DNA of 64,000 nucleotides from Octopus vulgaris. Lineage: Eukaryota. The notes under the pieces were generated by a model. The model was not told the origin of the DNA. It worked only from the letters and a program-made list of their open reading frames with translations, and did no database searches. Both the position numbers and the translations under genes were made by a program. The stretch lies in assembly GCA_951406725.2 (NCBI GenBank), contig OX597824.1, forward strand, positions 66,092,001-66,156,000, in the 5' to 3' direction. Position 1 is the first letter of the stretch. Each line of letters begins with the position of its first letter. This document shows positions 51,081 to 64,000 of the stretch, piece after piece.

Positions 51081-51419
51081 CTAACAGACCTGTTGGAAAT
51101 TTTATAACCAACAATACTATTGCTCATAGAATTCATTTCATCTGAGATCGATAGAATAAGTACCAGTAATATACTGGCTTTGATTTAATTGATTGTGCAC
51201 TCCACTAAAATGTGTAACCGTATGCTTATGTCAGAAATCATTAATATTATTAAGATGGAAGAAATGGTAGAGCCAGTATCATATCAACTTAAATGCATTG
51301 AATTACCTATTGTTTCTGCAATTTTAGTATTGGATCCTTTGTTCAAATCTTGTTTAGTTGTGACTTTCTCTTTATTCCATTTATCTCGGTAAACCTATAC
51401 ACACATTCAATCAACTTTG

Positions 51420-51455
<36 letters not shown>

Positions 51456-51530
51456 CACACATACATATATATATAAATCAGTATAGCTAATTTATATTAG
51501 GAAACTTTTCAAGCAATTTTGTGGGTGTAC

Positions 51531-51552
51531 CTGCCAGGCAAGTGATTTGGAA
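51531..51552 (-). CDS. PACS: Candidate PACS microexon (22 nt)
   Basis: ttattttggtttcatcacacag|TTCCAAATCACTTGCCTGGCAG|gtacac; no stop in any frame; modest donor. Confidence 0.3.
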
Positions 51553-52422
51553 CTGTGTGATGAAACCAAAATAATTGCAGTGTGGAAGATAATAGCTAAT
51601 CAAATCACACAAAAACTGTGAACTTCACTCATGCATCTTTCTCAGCGACCAGGTCATGGTTTGTGTGGTGAAAATTTTGACATTATATAATCAATGATAT
51701 ATGTTTAAGTGAAGTTAACAGTCTTTGCATGTTTTTGAATAGCTAACATGTATCTTCCTCACTGCAATAATTTTCTAGTAGTATTATCTTTTGAAGTAGT
51801 AATTTCAGTTAAAAGTTTAACAAAGAAAAGAAAAAAAAGGACAAAAAGAAAAAGAACTTTCAATGAAGAAACAGAATATTATTCAAGTTAGATTACATTA
51901 AAACTGTTAGTTGTGAGAAAAACTTAAAAAGACAGATGCTGTGTAAAGCAAAATAGAATACAAAAGTGGGTGTTGAGTGATGGTAGTCAGAGTAACAACA
52001 GTTAAGACCAGCGTTTGTTATAGGCAAGACATCTACATTGAGTTAATGAGGTAACTAGAAGAGGTGAGTGAAAATAAAATTAGAATATTTAATACCATTG
52101 CAATATTAGAATGAAATTGAAATTAGTTATCAGTAATAATGATTAAAATAATGATAATGATAATAAAAATAATAATAATAATTTTCAATTTCTTTTTCTT
52201 TCTTTTTATCAATTATATTAATCTGGGTAAGTGAGTTTTAAAGTTAGTAAATTTGTAACAGGATTTTTTTTTGACTGTAACAAGGAACAGAGTGATCAGG
52301 CAGCCAGCACTGAAGACCAATGGCCAAAAAAACAGTAACAGAGGGCACTCCATGAAGACATGCAGTAAGGAATTTGGGACTTGGAAGATTCCTTAGGAGT
52401 GCTTGGTTTTCTTAACACTCAC

Positions 52423-52476
52423 ACTATTGGTATCCTTGGAAGTCTCCGTCACAGCAGAAGAGCACACACATGGCAC
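52423..52476 (-). CDS. PACS: Candidate PACS cassette exon (54 nt, phase 0 to 0)
   Basis: ctgttttgactttggcag|GTG ... AGT|gtgagt; VPCVCSSAVTETSKDTNS is the only open frame; TGCATG about 60 nt downstream. Confidence 0.45.
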
Positions 52477-53279
52477 CTGCCAAAGTCAAAACAGATTGGT
52501 TACATTATATAAGGTAGTTTAAGGTCTTGGACCTAATTAATTAGATGGTTGGCTGGGGGATGAAGTTCATCTTATAACTAAGAAACTAAAACACTGTATG
52601 TAAACATTCATGGTTTAGTTTTTACAGTTATATAAAGATGGTGCTAATCCTGTAGGTATGAAACATTCTCAGAACCAGCTAGTTCAGTTTTGGTTGACTG
52701 TCCAATGCAATGAAAGATAAGAATAAGATAAAAGAACCTTTTGTAAAATCATCTGTAAAATTGTAGTAGTAGTTTAGTGGTTGTTGTTGAATGGCTCTGC
52801 TCAGGTCTTCAGGAGCAGAGCTGTGATACACAAATAGTCATATGCATATATGTCATATCGACCAAGACTGCCACAATAGTATTTTTATAACAACAAAATC
52901 TGTAGATCAACTAAAATCTAAATACAAGACTCTAATAACGAATAAAAATAGCCAAAACACACAGTTCGTCAAAACAGAAAGAAGTTAATACAAAGTAGAT
53001 AACTTAATTTCAATCAACCACAGGCTTAAGTCATAAATGTCAAGGTAGAAAGTGGTTATGATATAAAGAGATGGACGATGTCCACTGCTGGGGAGCTGAC
53101 CAAATATTTCTCTGATTAGGATGCCTAGAACAAAACAAACATATTACCTTGCTGTTTCCAAAATGGAAAGAACACGAGATAATGTCGTCCTAAACTCTCC
53201 CCAAAAGAAATGGTTAAGACTAGAATGTCTGATTTAAGTTGACTTGGAATACAAGCAGTCAAAGTAGGGTTCCTTCAAA

Positions 53280-53620
53280 GGGTCTCTGGAGTAACATTAT
53301 TTGACAGGGTATGTAACTTGGAGATCAGAGAGTCTCTCCAGGTCAAGCTGCTACTTCTTTGCATTGAGAGATCACAGCTCTGGTGCTACGGACAAGTAAT
53401 TAGAATGTGGCAGGAAAGAACTGCAGGATGGATTCTTCAAGCCAAGCCATCCAGCAGGAGACCTAGGGGTAGGACCAAGAAGGAGATGGATGGATAATAT
53501 CCATAGTCGCATTTGGTCATGCTTGGAAATCTAACTGGAAAGTCTAACAACAGTTTCTTATGATAAGATCCTATAAAGGAGATGGTCAAGGACTACTCAA
53601 GGACCCTCCCAGGAATAGTG
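53280..53620 (+). mobile_element. RTE-clade LINE ORF2 C-terminal fragment
   Basis: EIRESLQVKLLLLCIERSQLWCYGQVIRMWQER...RRPRG(R)PRRRWMDNI. Confidence 0.75.
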
Positions 53621-54731
53621 GGTGGAAAAGATGGATGTATGGGTAAAAACAATCCAAGAAGGCAAATTTTTAAATTTCTATACAAATGAGTATATACTAT
53701 GACTGACAAAAAAAAAATGATAGTAAGAATTGGGTTTGATAGCATTTTAGCAATACAAAACTACCATACTGTACCATATGAACAGCTTTCAATGAGTGAA
53801 GAAAATTTTTCCAAAGAATGAATATATCAACTGTCATTCTATCAAACAATGGCTTGGGGTACCACAAACCTCATTTGGATGTTGGCTACCCTGTTACTTA
53901 TCTTCATGTATTATGTACAGATGTACACCCATTCCTCTCCAAGTTAAATCTACAAAATGATTTGCACTAATTAGAACAAACTAAGGAAGTTCTTATCAAT
54001 CAATTAAACAACACTCTTCTTTTAACCATTTATCACCATGTCCAATGATAAATGGTGTCAACACTATCTATTCAAAATTAGGTGAACTGTTCCTTCCAAA
54101 GGTACATATTCACAGTAAGTGACCTGTACTTCTGCTATGGTACCTATTTTGAGCCAGTCAAACAGATCCTTTTCAAGGGACATATTTATAGATAAGTGAC
54201 AAGTAGTGCCCCATGGTGTCTATTGGGTAGGATAAAGCATTAAAAAAATGGCACCTATTTAGGTCTAGATATACTGTAAATGACTAGCATTCATTTGGAC
54301 AGCTAAGTGAACTATACTATGAGATGATACTTTTGTAAAGCCCCATCAAAATTCGATTGCTTCCTCTAATAAAATCTGTTTAAAAGTTTGGAAAAGATAA
54401 CACAAAGAAAAGAAACGATTCCAAATAATTAAGGTAAACTCAAACAGAAAATATAGGCTGTTTCAGTGTCAGACTATTTCAACAAACAAGAATGTTCTCA
54501 CCAAACAATTCCATCAAACAATGAGCAAATCACCATATAGTGACAGTTTCCTACAGCAAGTGCTGGCTCATCTCAAAAGAGAACCATTTCATCAAATTTA
54601 TCACACAATAAATTTTCCACTTCATCAAATGTACAAGTTGTTTTCTTATACAAGGAATATTTTATCAAAACATTGACCAGTTTCATTGAACAAAAAAAGC
54701 AATTTTACACACAAGCTAAGGCAACATATAC

Positions 54732-54747
54732 TCGTGCAGCAATCAGC
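54732..54747 (-). CDS. PACS: Candidate PACS microexon (16 nt)
   Basis: Strong acceptor ctgatttcttttcattttcag|GCTGATTGCTGCACGA|gtatat; weak donor. Confidence 0.3.
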
Positions 54748-56689
54748 CTGAAAATGAAAAGAAATCAGTTGGAGAAGTAAGTAAGAGCCTTTTGTGACAT
54801 AGGTGAGAGACACTTTACCAACCTAACTACTAGGCAAGCACTGAGTAGCTCAGGTGAATGACCTGTATAAATAAAAATTCACATTACTGTGATTCTGTCA
54901 AATGTCTCATGAAGATTATGGGGAAGTTGAACAGTCTGGATACCAGAATCAATAGTGTGTGTGTGTGTGTGTGTGGCAGATGGGTATGTTTGAGTGTTTA
55001 ATTGTTTGTGTAAATGTAGTTTAGTGTAAATATTTTTTCGGCATGTAATGTATATATATGTATGTCTATATGTACATGTAAGTCATTACAGGTGTGCTTG
55101 TATATAACTATGTGCTTGTGTGTGTATAATGTATGTAAATGTGTGTCTGTAGCTGTATGATTATGATTGTGCATGTTTGTAATGATCAGATTTGGGATAG
55201 TGAAGTCCATCTCATACCTGATCAATACTTAACATATGACCAGCAACAGGAGATTGCCCCTCCACTGCTGAATTCTCAGTCAGAAACCCACAAATTGCTC
55301 TCCAGTCTTGGACCAGAACTCATGAGCTACTGTTCAGCCTTGGTCAAGAAAGCCACAGGTAACTGTTCAGCCTTGAACCCCAATGCACCCCCCCACCCCC
55401 ACCAAAAAAACAAAAAAAAAAACAAAACATGAACCAGTTTTCACTCCTGAGCCAAAAAGACACAAGCTATTTGCTGTTCCATTTTTAGTAAGAAAGCCAC
55501 AGATTTAATACTGAGCCACTTTGTGCATCTAGAAACAATATATCACAGATTGTTGGTTAGTGTCTAAATTTAGGATTATGACAGTTATTGTCAGTCAATT
55601 GGATATGGACAAACTCAGTTTTAGCTAGCTTATCTGGAAAATAGAGCAATACATTAAGAAAGGAAAAATAAAAAAGGTTGAGAAGGGATGAGATAGATAG
55701 ACAGATAGATAGATAGATAGATAGATAGACAGAGAGGGTGGCAGGGAAAGGGGAAGAAAAAGAAACAGAAAAATAGAAGATGTGAAGTATCTGAAATATA
55801 GAAGGGAGAGGAAATCTGTGTGGAAGAAGGTTTAAATTTTTGCCAGAATGGTAGTTGGAGAGAAACAGGCACACAATAACTCAAGCCAAGTTCAGATATC
55901 CAAACATTGAAAAGAATTTTGATGAAAGACAATAAAAAAAAAACAACAACAACAAAAAAAACAAAACAAAGAAACAAACAGATGAATGGTAATAAAAACA
56001 AAAACAAATTTTATAATTAACAGTAGTAGTAGTAGTAGTAATAATAATAGTAGTAGTTAGTGGGTAAATAAACAAACAAAAGAAATATAACATGCAGGAG
56101 TTAGAAGATTTAGTGGAAATAAATGTTAGTGAAATATGAAAAAGAGAAAAAATAAAATGAAGAAAAAGAAAAGAAAATAGTGCATGCATTCAGAGGGCTG
56201 GCACAGATTTTGAAAGACTGCCATGAGCCATGTAACTACAAATAGGACACCATGAAGTTTCAGGAACAGTTTCAAAGTAAACTGACATTGGATCTCTGTA
56301 ACATGATGCAATAAAATGTACCCCAGAAGATCTGTTGTGGTTCAGTATCCAATGTAGAGGTTGCAAATAACCATAATGGTGAAATGCATGTAGGGAACAA
56401 ATGATATAACTTGTCTTTACCACAATTTCTATAATACCCACAAAGACACACACACACACAAATGCATATGTATCATGGTTGTGTGGTTAGGAAGCTTGCT
56501 TCTCAACCACATGCTTTCAGGTTCAGCCTCACTGCATGACACCTTGGCCAAGTGTCCTCTGCTATGGGCTCAGTCCAACCAAAGTCTTGTGATTGAACTT
56601 GGTGGGTGAAAGTTCCCATCATGTGTGTACATGTGTGTGTGTAAGTGCTTCTGCCTCCTAACAGAGAGAAAGGAAATATAGACTCACAC

Positions 56690-56691
56690 AC

Positions 56692-56740
<49 letters not shown>

Positions 56741-57065
56741 ATATTTGTACGTATATATATATATACGTACAAATATACACATATAGATATACACACGTGC
56801 AGATATATATGTGTGTACATGCATATACACACATGTACATATGTAAGTACATACGTGTACACATATACATACATACGTGTACACATATACATACATACGT
56901 GTACACATATACATACATACGTATATATACATACATACGTACATATATATATACATACATACGTACATATATGTACATACATACGTACATATATGTACAT
57001 ACATACGTACATATATATACACACATACATACATATATATACACATACATACATACGTATATATA
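56690..57065. repeat. Compound microsatellite (TA/TG/TACA/TACG)
   Basis: About 370 bp of alternating purine-pyrimidine repeats; source of six spurious ORFs in the track. Confidence 0.95.
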
Positions 57066-57336
57066 ATGAAATGTTAGTGCCAAGAGGTGTTTAGGCATAA
57101 GTAAAATTTAGTTTACCATATTTGTCTTTAAACTTTTTTTACTGTAAGAGAAATATTTTCTCTACAGTAACTTCAGTGAATTTGCCATTTAGCAATTGAA
57201 ATATGTCACAAACATATTTTTAACTAACCTAAATTTTGCTTATATACACACGCACACATATATACATACATACAAACAAACACATATGCATACATAAATA
57301 CACGCACACACACATATACACACAAACACACATATA

Positions 57337-58556
57337 CAGGGTGTAACAGGTAAATTGGAACAAATTTCAAATGGGTACGTTCCTAATTGTATAGATTTTG
57401 TTGGAGTCTAAATTTTAAATATTACCAGCTTCAATAATCACTTGTACTATTTAGTATTTCAGATTGAACAAACTATGAATGTTAATAAAGAATTAAACCA
57501 TAGAAGTGTAATTGATGAGTTATTCTGCGCCAGCAGAAGTGCTGAGGAGAGCCTCAAGTATTCCAAATCTACTGTTTTTAGAGCTGTAGCCAATTTGAAG
57601 AAAAGTCAGGATGTTCAGAGAAAGCCTCACAATCCTTGTAATGGACCAAAAATGCACACCTTGCTTCTTTGCAGGACTTGAAAGATCGATTGAGTCCAAC
57701 CCATCAAAATTGATGGTGAAGTTGGCACAAGATCAAGGAATCAGTAAAATGACCATTTTTAGGGCAGTGAGACAAGACCTCCATATAAAATCATATGTGA
57801 GGAGACACCATAACATCCTAACTACCTGTTCCAAAGAGGAGATGTCTGCATCTTTGTGGATGAAAAGAAGTTCATGATAGATGAAGTTGCAAACGGTCAA
57901 AACTCACGAGCGATAGTGTATGACCTTTTCCAAGTTCCTTCAGCTATGCATACTAAGAATCTGGCTTCCATTATGGTCTTTGGAGCTGTTGCAAGTGATG
58001 GGAAATTGATGCCTCCTCATTTTATTGAAGCGGTTCTTAAAATCAACACAGCAAAGTATCTCAGAATCTTAGAAGTTGTGTTTCCTTGGATTAGGAAGCA
58101 TTATGATGCTAGCCGAGTCATGTTTGTACAGGATTCTGCGCTAGCCCATTCTTTGAAAAGAGTGGAAGAATTTTTGAAGAAGGAATTGCCCAGGTTTGTT
58201 CTTAAAGATATCTGGCCCTCTAGCTTGCCAGATTTGAATCCACATGAGTTTTGGTTATGGAGCACAGCTGAAGCAATAACCAGTGAAACTTCTCACAACT
58301 GTGTGTCTTCATTGAAGGTTTTGATCGAGCGAGCATTCAGTAAAATGAAAAAGGAAGAAATAGTTAAGGCATGTATATCATTTCATAACTGGATTGAACT
58401 GGTAAAGAAAGCAAATGATGGTCACATTGGACTGAAATAAGTGTTAAACACTCCACAAATTGGCACAAACATAAAACTTTCAGTTTTTGATTTTTCCGAG
58501 TTATACCAATTATATTAAAGATATTTAAATAGTCCCAATTTATCTGTTACACCCTG
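57337..58556 (+). mobile_element. Full-length decayed Tc1/mariner transposon, maT (DD37D)-like
   Basis: TA TSDs (57335-57336, 58557-58558); TIRs CAGGGTGTAACAGGTAAATTGG and CCAATTTATCTGTTACACCCTG; frameshifted transposase with DEKKF, SIMVFGAV, FVQDSALAH, WPSSLPDLNPHEFW. Confidence 0.93.
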
Positions 58557-60539
58557 TATGTGTATATAGATATATATATATACACAAATATACACACACA
58601 AACATACACACACATATATATACATATGTATACAGACACACATACATACATATACGTACACCTATGCAGCTGTATATGTACATATACATATATGAAATTT
58701 CATCTAAAACTACACATCATTGATCTTAATAACTGAGCTGATAGATTGTATGTAGATTGTTTGTTTGTTTTGTCATTAAAAAGATGAAGGGGAACAAAAA
58801 AAAAATCAAATAACACCAGTGTTGTCATTCACTTCTGGAAAAGGGGAAATGGTTTCTTCAACATTTTGCAAACAAATTATCATTCTGTCCAACAACAAAA
58901 TAAGCAAGCTCAAAAACATATTCACGCAATAGTAATAATAATAATAATAATAATTCCAACAAAGAAAAAGAACAAACAGAAAAACAGCAGGCATCAAAAT
59001 GAAGTTGCTTGAGCCATGCATTTTTTTTTATATAAGTTTGTTTATCTTTTTTCTTTTTTGAATAAAAGCAGAAAAGCACAAAAAAAATGTGTTCTTTGCA
59101 AAGAAAGCTGTAATGATGATAACATTATCTTCGAAAATTATATAAGAAATATTTTGGAGTGATGGAGTGGGTTTCCTGTTTGGCAGTAACTGCTTGTATA
59201 CCCAACAAATAGGAGATTGGATTTCACACACACACACTGATGTGTATTTGCACGTGCAAGCGTACACATACACACACACATTAGTGTAATGTAGTTTGAG
59301 TGAAGCATTGTGTGATAATCATAGTGAAGATTAAAATTGCTGAAAAGCCAATACTATGCATAACGTAAGGTATAAGTGAAGAATAAAAGCAAGGAAGGCA
59401 GAAAAACAGTTTCCACTTGTCCTTGTATAACTATATTCCAGAGTTAATACTCCATTCTCAGGAGAAAATACAGAGTTATTAAGTAAGGTGCATACTGCTG
59501 TTCTGTCTTCCTTATTTTCAGTTCCATTCCTACATGTCAATTTGCATTGTAACAGCTTTTGAACAGTTTCAATCTTAACATATGTATTTTGCGTATCAAT
59601 GTGTGTGTGCGTACACACACACATGTATATCTGATGAAGGACTAGCATATGAAACGTTAAAAGCCTTTTCCTTTCAAGCATTGTAGAAATAACATTTCTC
59701 TCAATCATTGTGATTTTTCTTGTTTTTTCAGTCATTCATCACATGAAAGTGTACACACACACATACACACACGTGCAGTGTGGCCAGGTTAAGAAGTTCA
59801 CTTTGCAATTCACAAAGTCCCAATTCTGATTCTGGTGCATGGTATTTAGGCAAGTGTCATTTTCTAATGTTTCAAGTTAACAGATACCTTATGAATGAAT
59901 TTGGTAATACAGAAATTTGTGTAGAAGCTTCTCAAATGGATAGTACTTGTAACTTAAATGGGCTAGCCTTGTCACAAACAGTTATGCTGGTTATGTCTGA
60001 GTATAATATTAAGGATTCCAGAGTTTTTTGGGATACTCATTCACTTCGCACTAATTGAATGATCCTGCTTGCTTCCTTGATCAGACAACTGACAACTCAT
60101 GGCTTGAAATTATGTGCTGTGAGTTCAAATATCTCCAAGGTCAACTTTGCCTTCGTAATTGGCTTTTGGGTGAATGAGAGTTTGTCAATGCAAGAAATCT
60201 GAGGACAATAAATTCACTGTTTCTCCTTAGATTACAGCTGGCTGTTCTGGTGTTTCATGAATATATTCAATCCCACCCTATGCAGATTTTTCTATTTCTT
60301 TTAAGAGCTGTGGTCCTTTAGACCTTAAGCTATTATGTGTATGTATACATACAGGTATATGTGTGTGTGTGTGTGTGTGTGTATTCATTCATACACACAC
60401 AACCCACCCCACCATTTCTATCTATTTAAGTGACTGCAACTGAAATATAATTCGCAACACTGCACCAGAAATTTCTTGTCTGTCACAGCTTTGGTAGGTC
60501 ATTAATTCCATGTTGTGTGTCTCAGCTAATAACATCAAT

Positions 60540-60875
60540 ATAGTCCTCTATTAAAGTGAAAACATCTGAAATGGCATGGCATGCCAGTAAAAAGCTTCAC
60601 AATATCTTGCAATCAAGTATTTCAAAATCAACAAGGCTGGCTGCCTTCAGGGTATGTGTAGAGAACATTCTTATGGACCTGAAACCTGGATTATGAAGAA
60701 GGTTCAAAATTGCCTTGGTAGTAAGTATAGCAGGCTTCCCATGATATATTATATCTTATGGTATAAGTACAAAACTGAAAGGGAAATCCATAAACACATT
60801 TCACCCATCTCTGCTATTGTTGCTCAATACAGTGTAGTTTTTGCTGGTTATAGTTATCATACTAAACGGTAGGCC
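60540..60875 (+). mobile_element. RTE-like LINE ORF2 fragment
   Basis: AWHASKKLHNILQSSISKSTRLAAFRVCVENI / YGPETW remnants. Confidence 0.6.
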
Positions 60876-61334
60876 ATATTGTATACAAACATACACACAC
60901 AGATGTAGATGTATAAACACAAATACACAAATAAGTTTATGAGGTAAGGAGGAGACAAACAAATAATATACCAGATTAGACAAGCGAAATCACATAACTG
61001 GAAAAGTATAGAAATATTAAGCACAAAAAAAAAAAAAGAAATAAAAGAAGTGTACAGTGTAAAAAAAATATGCCAATTGAAAGATAAACATTTCAGGTGG
61101 TATCATTAATTGAAAAGGAGAAAAATGTCTGTTTACATGATTGATCTAGTGTAAATTAGCAGCTGGGATGTGGGATAGAAGGACTGGAAGTAGAAACACA
61201 ATCTGAATCATGGTGAAGATAAATGGGGAGAAAAGTGGAAGAGAGAGAGAGTGGAAAGCTTATAGTATTGGGGTTGGTATCAAGTGAAGTGTATTTAAAT
61301 ATGCAATGTTTTTATTTGCATAGATGCTAAATAG

Positions 61335-61708
61335 CATAAAGCACCATTTGAGTGTGATCGTTACCAGGGCTGCCTGACTGGCTCATGTGCCGGTGGCACA
61401 TAAAATGCATCATTTGAGCGTGGTCATTGCCAGTGTCACCTCACTGGCTCCCATGCTGGTGACATATAAAAAGCACCATTCAAGCGTGGCCGATGACAGT
61501 ACTGCCTGACTGACCCTCATGCCGGTGGCACATAAAAAGCACCCACTACACTCTCGAAGTGGTTGGCTTAGAAAGGGCATCCAGCTGTAGAAACATTGCA
61601 AAATCGGATTGAAGCCTGGTGCAGCTTCTGGCTTGCCAGCCCTCAGTCAAACTGTCTAACCCATGCCAGCATGGAAAGCGGACGTTAAACAATGACGATG
61701 ATGATGAA
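61335..61708 (+). mobile_element. (GAT)n-tailed retroelement 3' module with ~65-bp internal tandem repeats
   Basis: Three to four units of TAAAAAGCACCATT.GAGCGTGG...CTGACTGGCTC..TGCCGGTGGCACA before GAAAGGGCATCCAGCTGTAG...GACGTTAAAC. Confidence 0.75.
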
Positions 61709-62343
61709 TATGTCAAGGCATTTAAAGTATATGTAACTAAATGTGCAGTAGTTATTTTTGTAATGTTACAACCATCTTAAAATTTGACTGTGTATACACA
61801 TGCATATATGCACTCTAACAATTATGACTGTCCATGTGTCAGTGTGTGTCTGTAGATTGAAAGTGGGGTGTGTATATGTATGATGTACAATTGTGGGAGG
61901 GCAAAATGCAGTGAGACATCATGTAGTAATTTTATTGTGTCCATGCTATTTGGATATCACCTGAAATGTTAGATTCTCTTCCGTTTCGCCATTGGCATGT
62001 TCATTTTCATCGTAAACTTAATTTTTTTTCTATTTTTGCTTTATATTTTTACACTCTTTCAGTAATGCATTTTTGCCTGTATGATTCTGTGTAGTATTTG
62101 TTTGTTTCCTCCCTGCCTCATAATCTTAATAATGATGTGTATTTTCATTTACACACACAATGAACATACACACATAAATATATACATATATATATAGCAA
62201 TGTTCAAAGCCTCACAGTGACCAGTAGTTTCATCCCGAGTGGGAACAAATGATCTTTTATCAACTCTTCTCCATCTTATAGGTAGTGGCACTATGTAAAA
62301 CTTAAATATTAGACACGCACACACCCTTACAGACATATATGAA

Positions 62344-62379
<36 letters not shown>

Positions 62380-63031
62380 TATGTATATACATACACAAAC
62401 ACACCCTTACAGATATATATATACATATATATGCACATATCTCTGTACATACGCACAAATACATATACTTGCAAATACATATACATGCATGCACATACAT
62501 ATGCATATATATGCACACACACACGTATTCACACATATATAGATATATAAATATATATATACTTATGCACACACATGCATATATATAATATAGATCTATA
62601 TTTAATATATGTATGCATATGAGTTTTATGATGAATTTCAAAAAGAAAGTAGTGTTTTGAAGGAGTTTCTTTTGGTCAAATGACTTAGGCTGTGAGGAAA
62701 GAATCAAAGCTAGTGGCAGTGGTGCCAGTGGAGGAAGGAGAGAACTAGATCATAAGCTAATGGCAAAATAAGCAAGCTGTGTGAGTGACAACAGTTGAAA
62801 GAAAAATGTGTTTAGCATACAAGAAAATCTGACAAAATTGCAAGACAATAGCAAAAGGGAGAGATAGGATAGAGAGAGCGAGGAAAAAAAAAAAAAAAGT
62901 GTGGGTGGGAGCATTAATGCTCTGTCAAATGCTCTTCCAAGTGGTACTACCAAAAGTCCCCGGCAAATTTAGTTTAAATTATCCTAACTCATGATGCACT
63001 TCTAACACAAGGAATATCTATGCATATATAC

Positions 63032-63064
<33 letters not shown>

Positions 63065-63163
63065 TCATATGTTCTTATACATATTATACAGATCAAGTGT
63101 GTATGTTTTGGGATGAATCCTAAAATTTCTGACAACTGAGGCATTTAATCAGACTGAGAACAA

Positions 63164-63199
<36 letters not shown>

Positions 63200-64000
63200 T
63201 CTGTGATTTTGGCAAGCCTGATAATTCTTATTTTCTTAAGAACTATTGATTATTAAAGTTGGTAGAATTTAATGCAACTACCTAACTTGCTATGTAAGTT
63301 TTACATTTCACATTTGCATTATCATTAATAATGTTAAAAAAAAAAAAACATTAGCAACAGCCATAATAATATTAGAGATCCTTCCAGTTCGTTTGTGTAC
63401 CACAATGTATAAATTTTATATAGCAAGTTGATCGACTTTGTAAGGAAATTAGTTTTAAGAAATAATAGTTTTAATAAAATACCAAGCTATTTCAGCTGCA
63501 AACCTAGCTACAAATCAGTTTAGAATTTAATAAACTAAACTACTGCTGAGGTTGTTAATAATAATAATAATGATAATAATAGTAATAATAATAATAATGG
63601 TTTTTGAATTGACAGTATTAGTAGAACATTAGTGGTTTTAATCCTAGAACTTGGTTATTAAAAGCTAGACATAATTTAGGGTCCCCATGACAGTACAGAG
63701 TGCAGTGCTGAAGTAGTAAATATATTTTGAGAATAAGCATGAAAAATGGCTGCCGTCTGGAAGCATTTGGTTTTTTTTTTCTACAAAAGTGAACAGGGAT
63801 ATGAGCTGCTTTCTACTATGGAATGGCAGGACAGGCAATAATACAAAGTGGGGTCAAGATTTTAAAGAATGATTTGCAGACTGCTTTTCCTCATTATAAA
63901 GTTTTCAGATATGGATAAGTTTGTATGCTACAAAAACCCACAAGTGCTAAAGTTTCAGGCATGGCGATTTTAAGGAGAAAACAAAAATAAATTAGAGTGC

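Noticed and set aside
56503-57098. Six ORFs of up to 183 aa
   Set aside because: All arise from the compound microsatellite.
61850-64000. Search for upstream PACS exons (middle and furin-binding regions)
   Set aside because: No segment with both splice sites and PACS-like coding was found; 62690-62750 is S/T/P-rich but lacks a donor.

Overview
AT-rich, microsatellite- and SINE-dense eukaryotic DNA; the repeat content suggests a cephalopod, probably Octopus (inference). Most ORFs in the supplied track are repeat or microsatellite artefacts. Two convergent spliced genes can be rebuilt by hand. (1) + strand: three phase-consistent exons (1104-1513, 4808-4917, 10415-10540) encoding about 214 C-terminal aa of a C2orf73/CIMIP6-like protein. 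(2) - strand: eleven phase-consistent exons (46932 down to 24822) encoding the C-terminal 433 aa of the PACS1/2 homolog; its N-terminus was not found and probably lies beyond the right edge. The PACS introns also hold candidate regulated exons: a 75-nt symmetric cassette, a 71-nt stop-containing exon that would end the protein in -SYV, two NAGNAG acceptors, and three microexons (16+22+25 nt) that restore frame only together. Mobile DNA includes two full-length decayed Tc1/mariner elements (DD36E and maT-like), a 365-bp non-autonomous Helitron, a Tx1-like LINE inside a GATA microsatellite, RTE and CR1-like fragments, many tRNA-derived SINEs, MITEs, and Penelope-like remnants with minimal hammerhead motifs. 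All homology calls come from motif recognition, not database searches.
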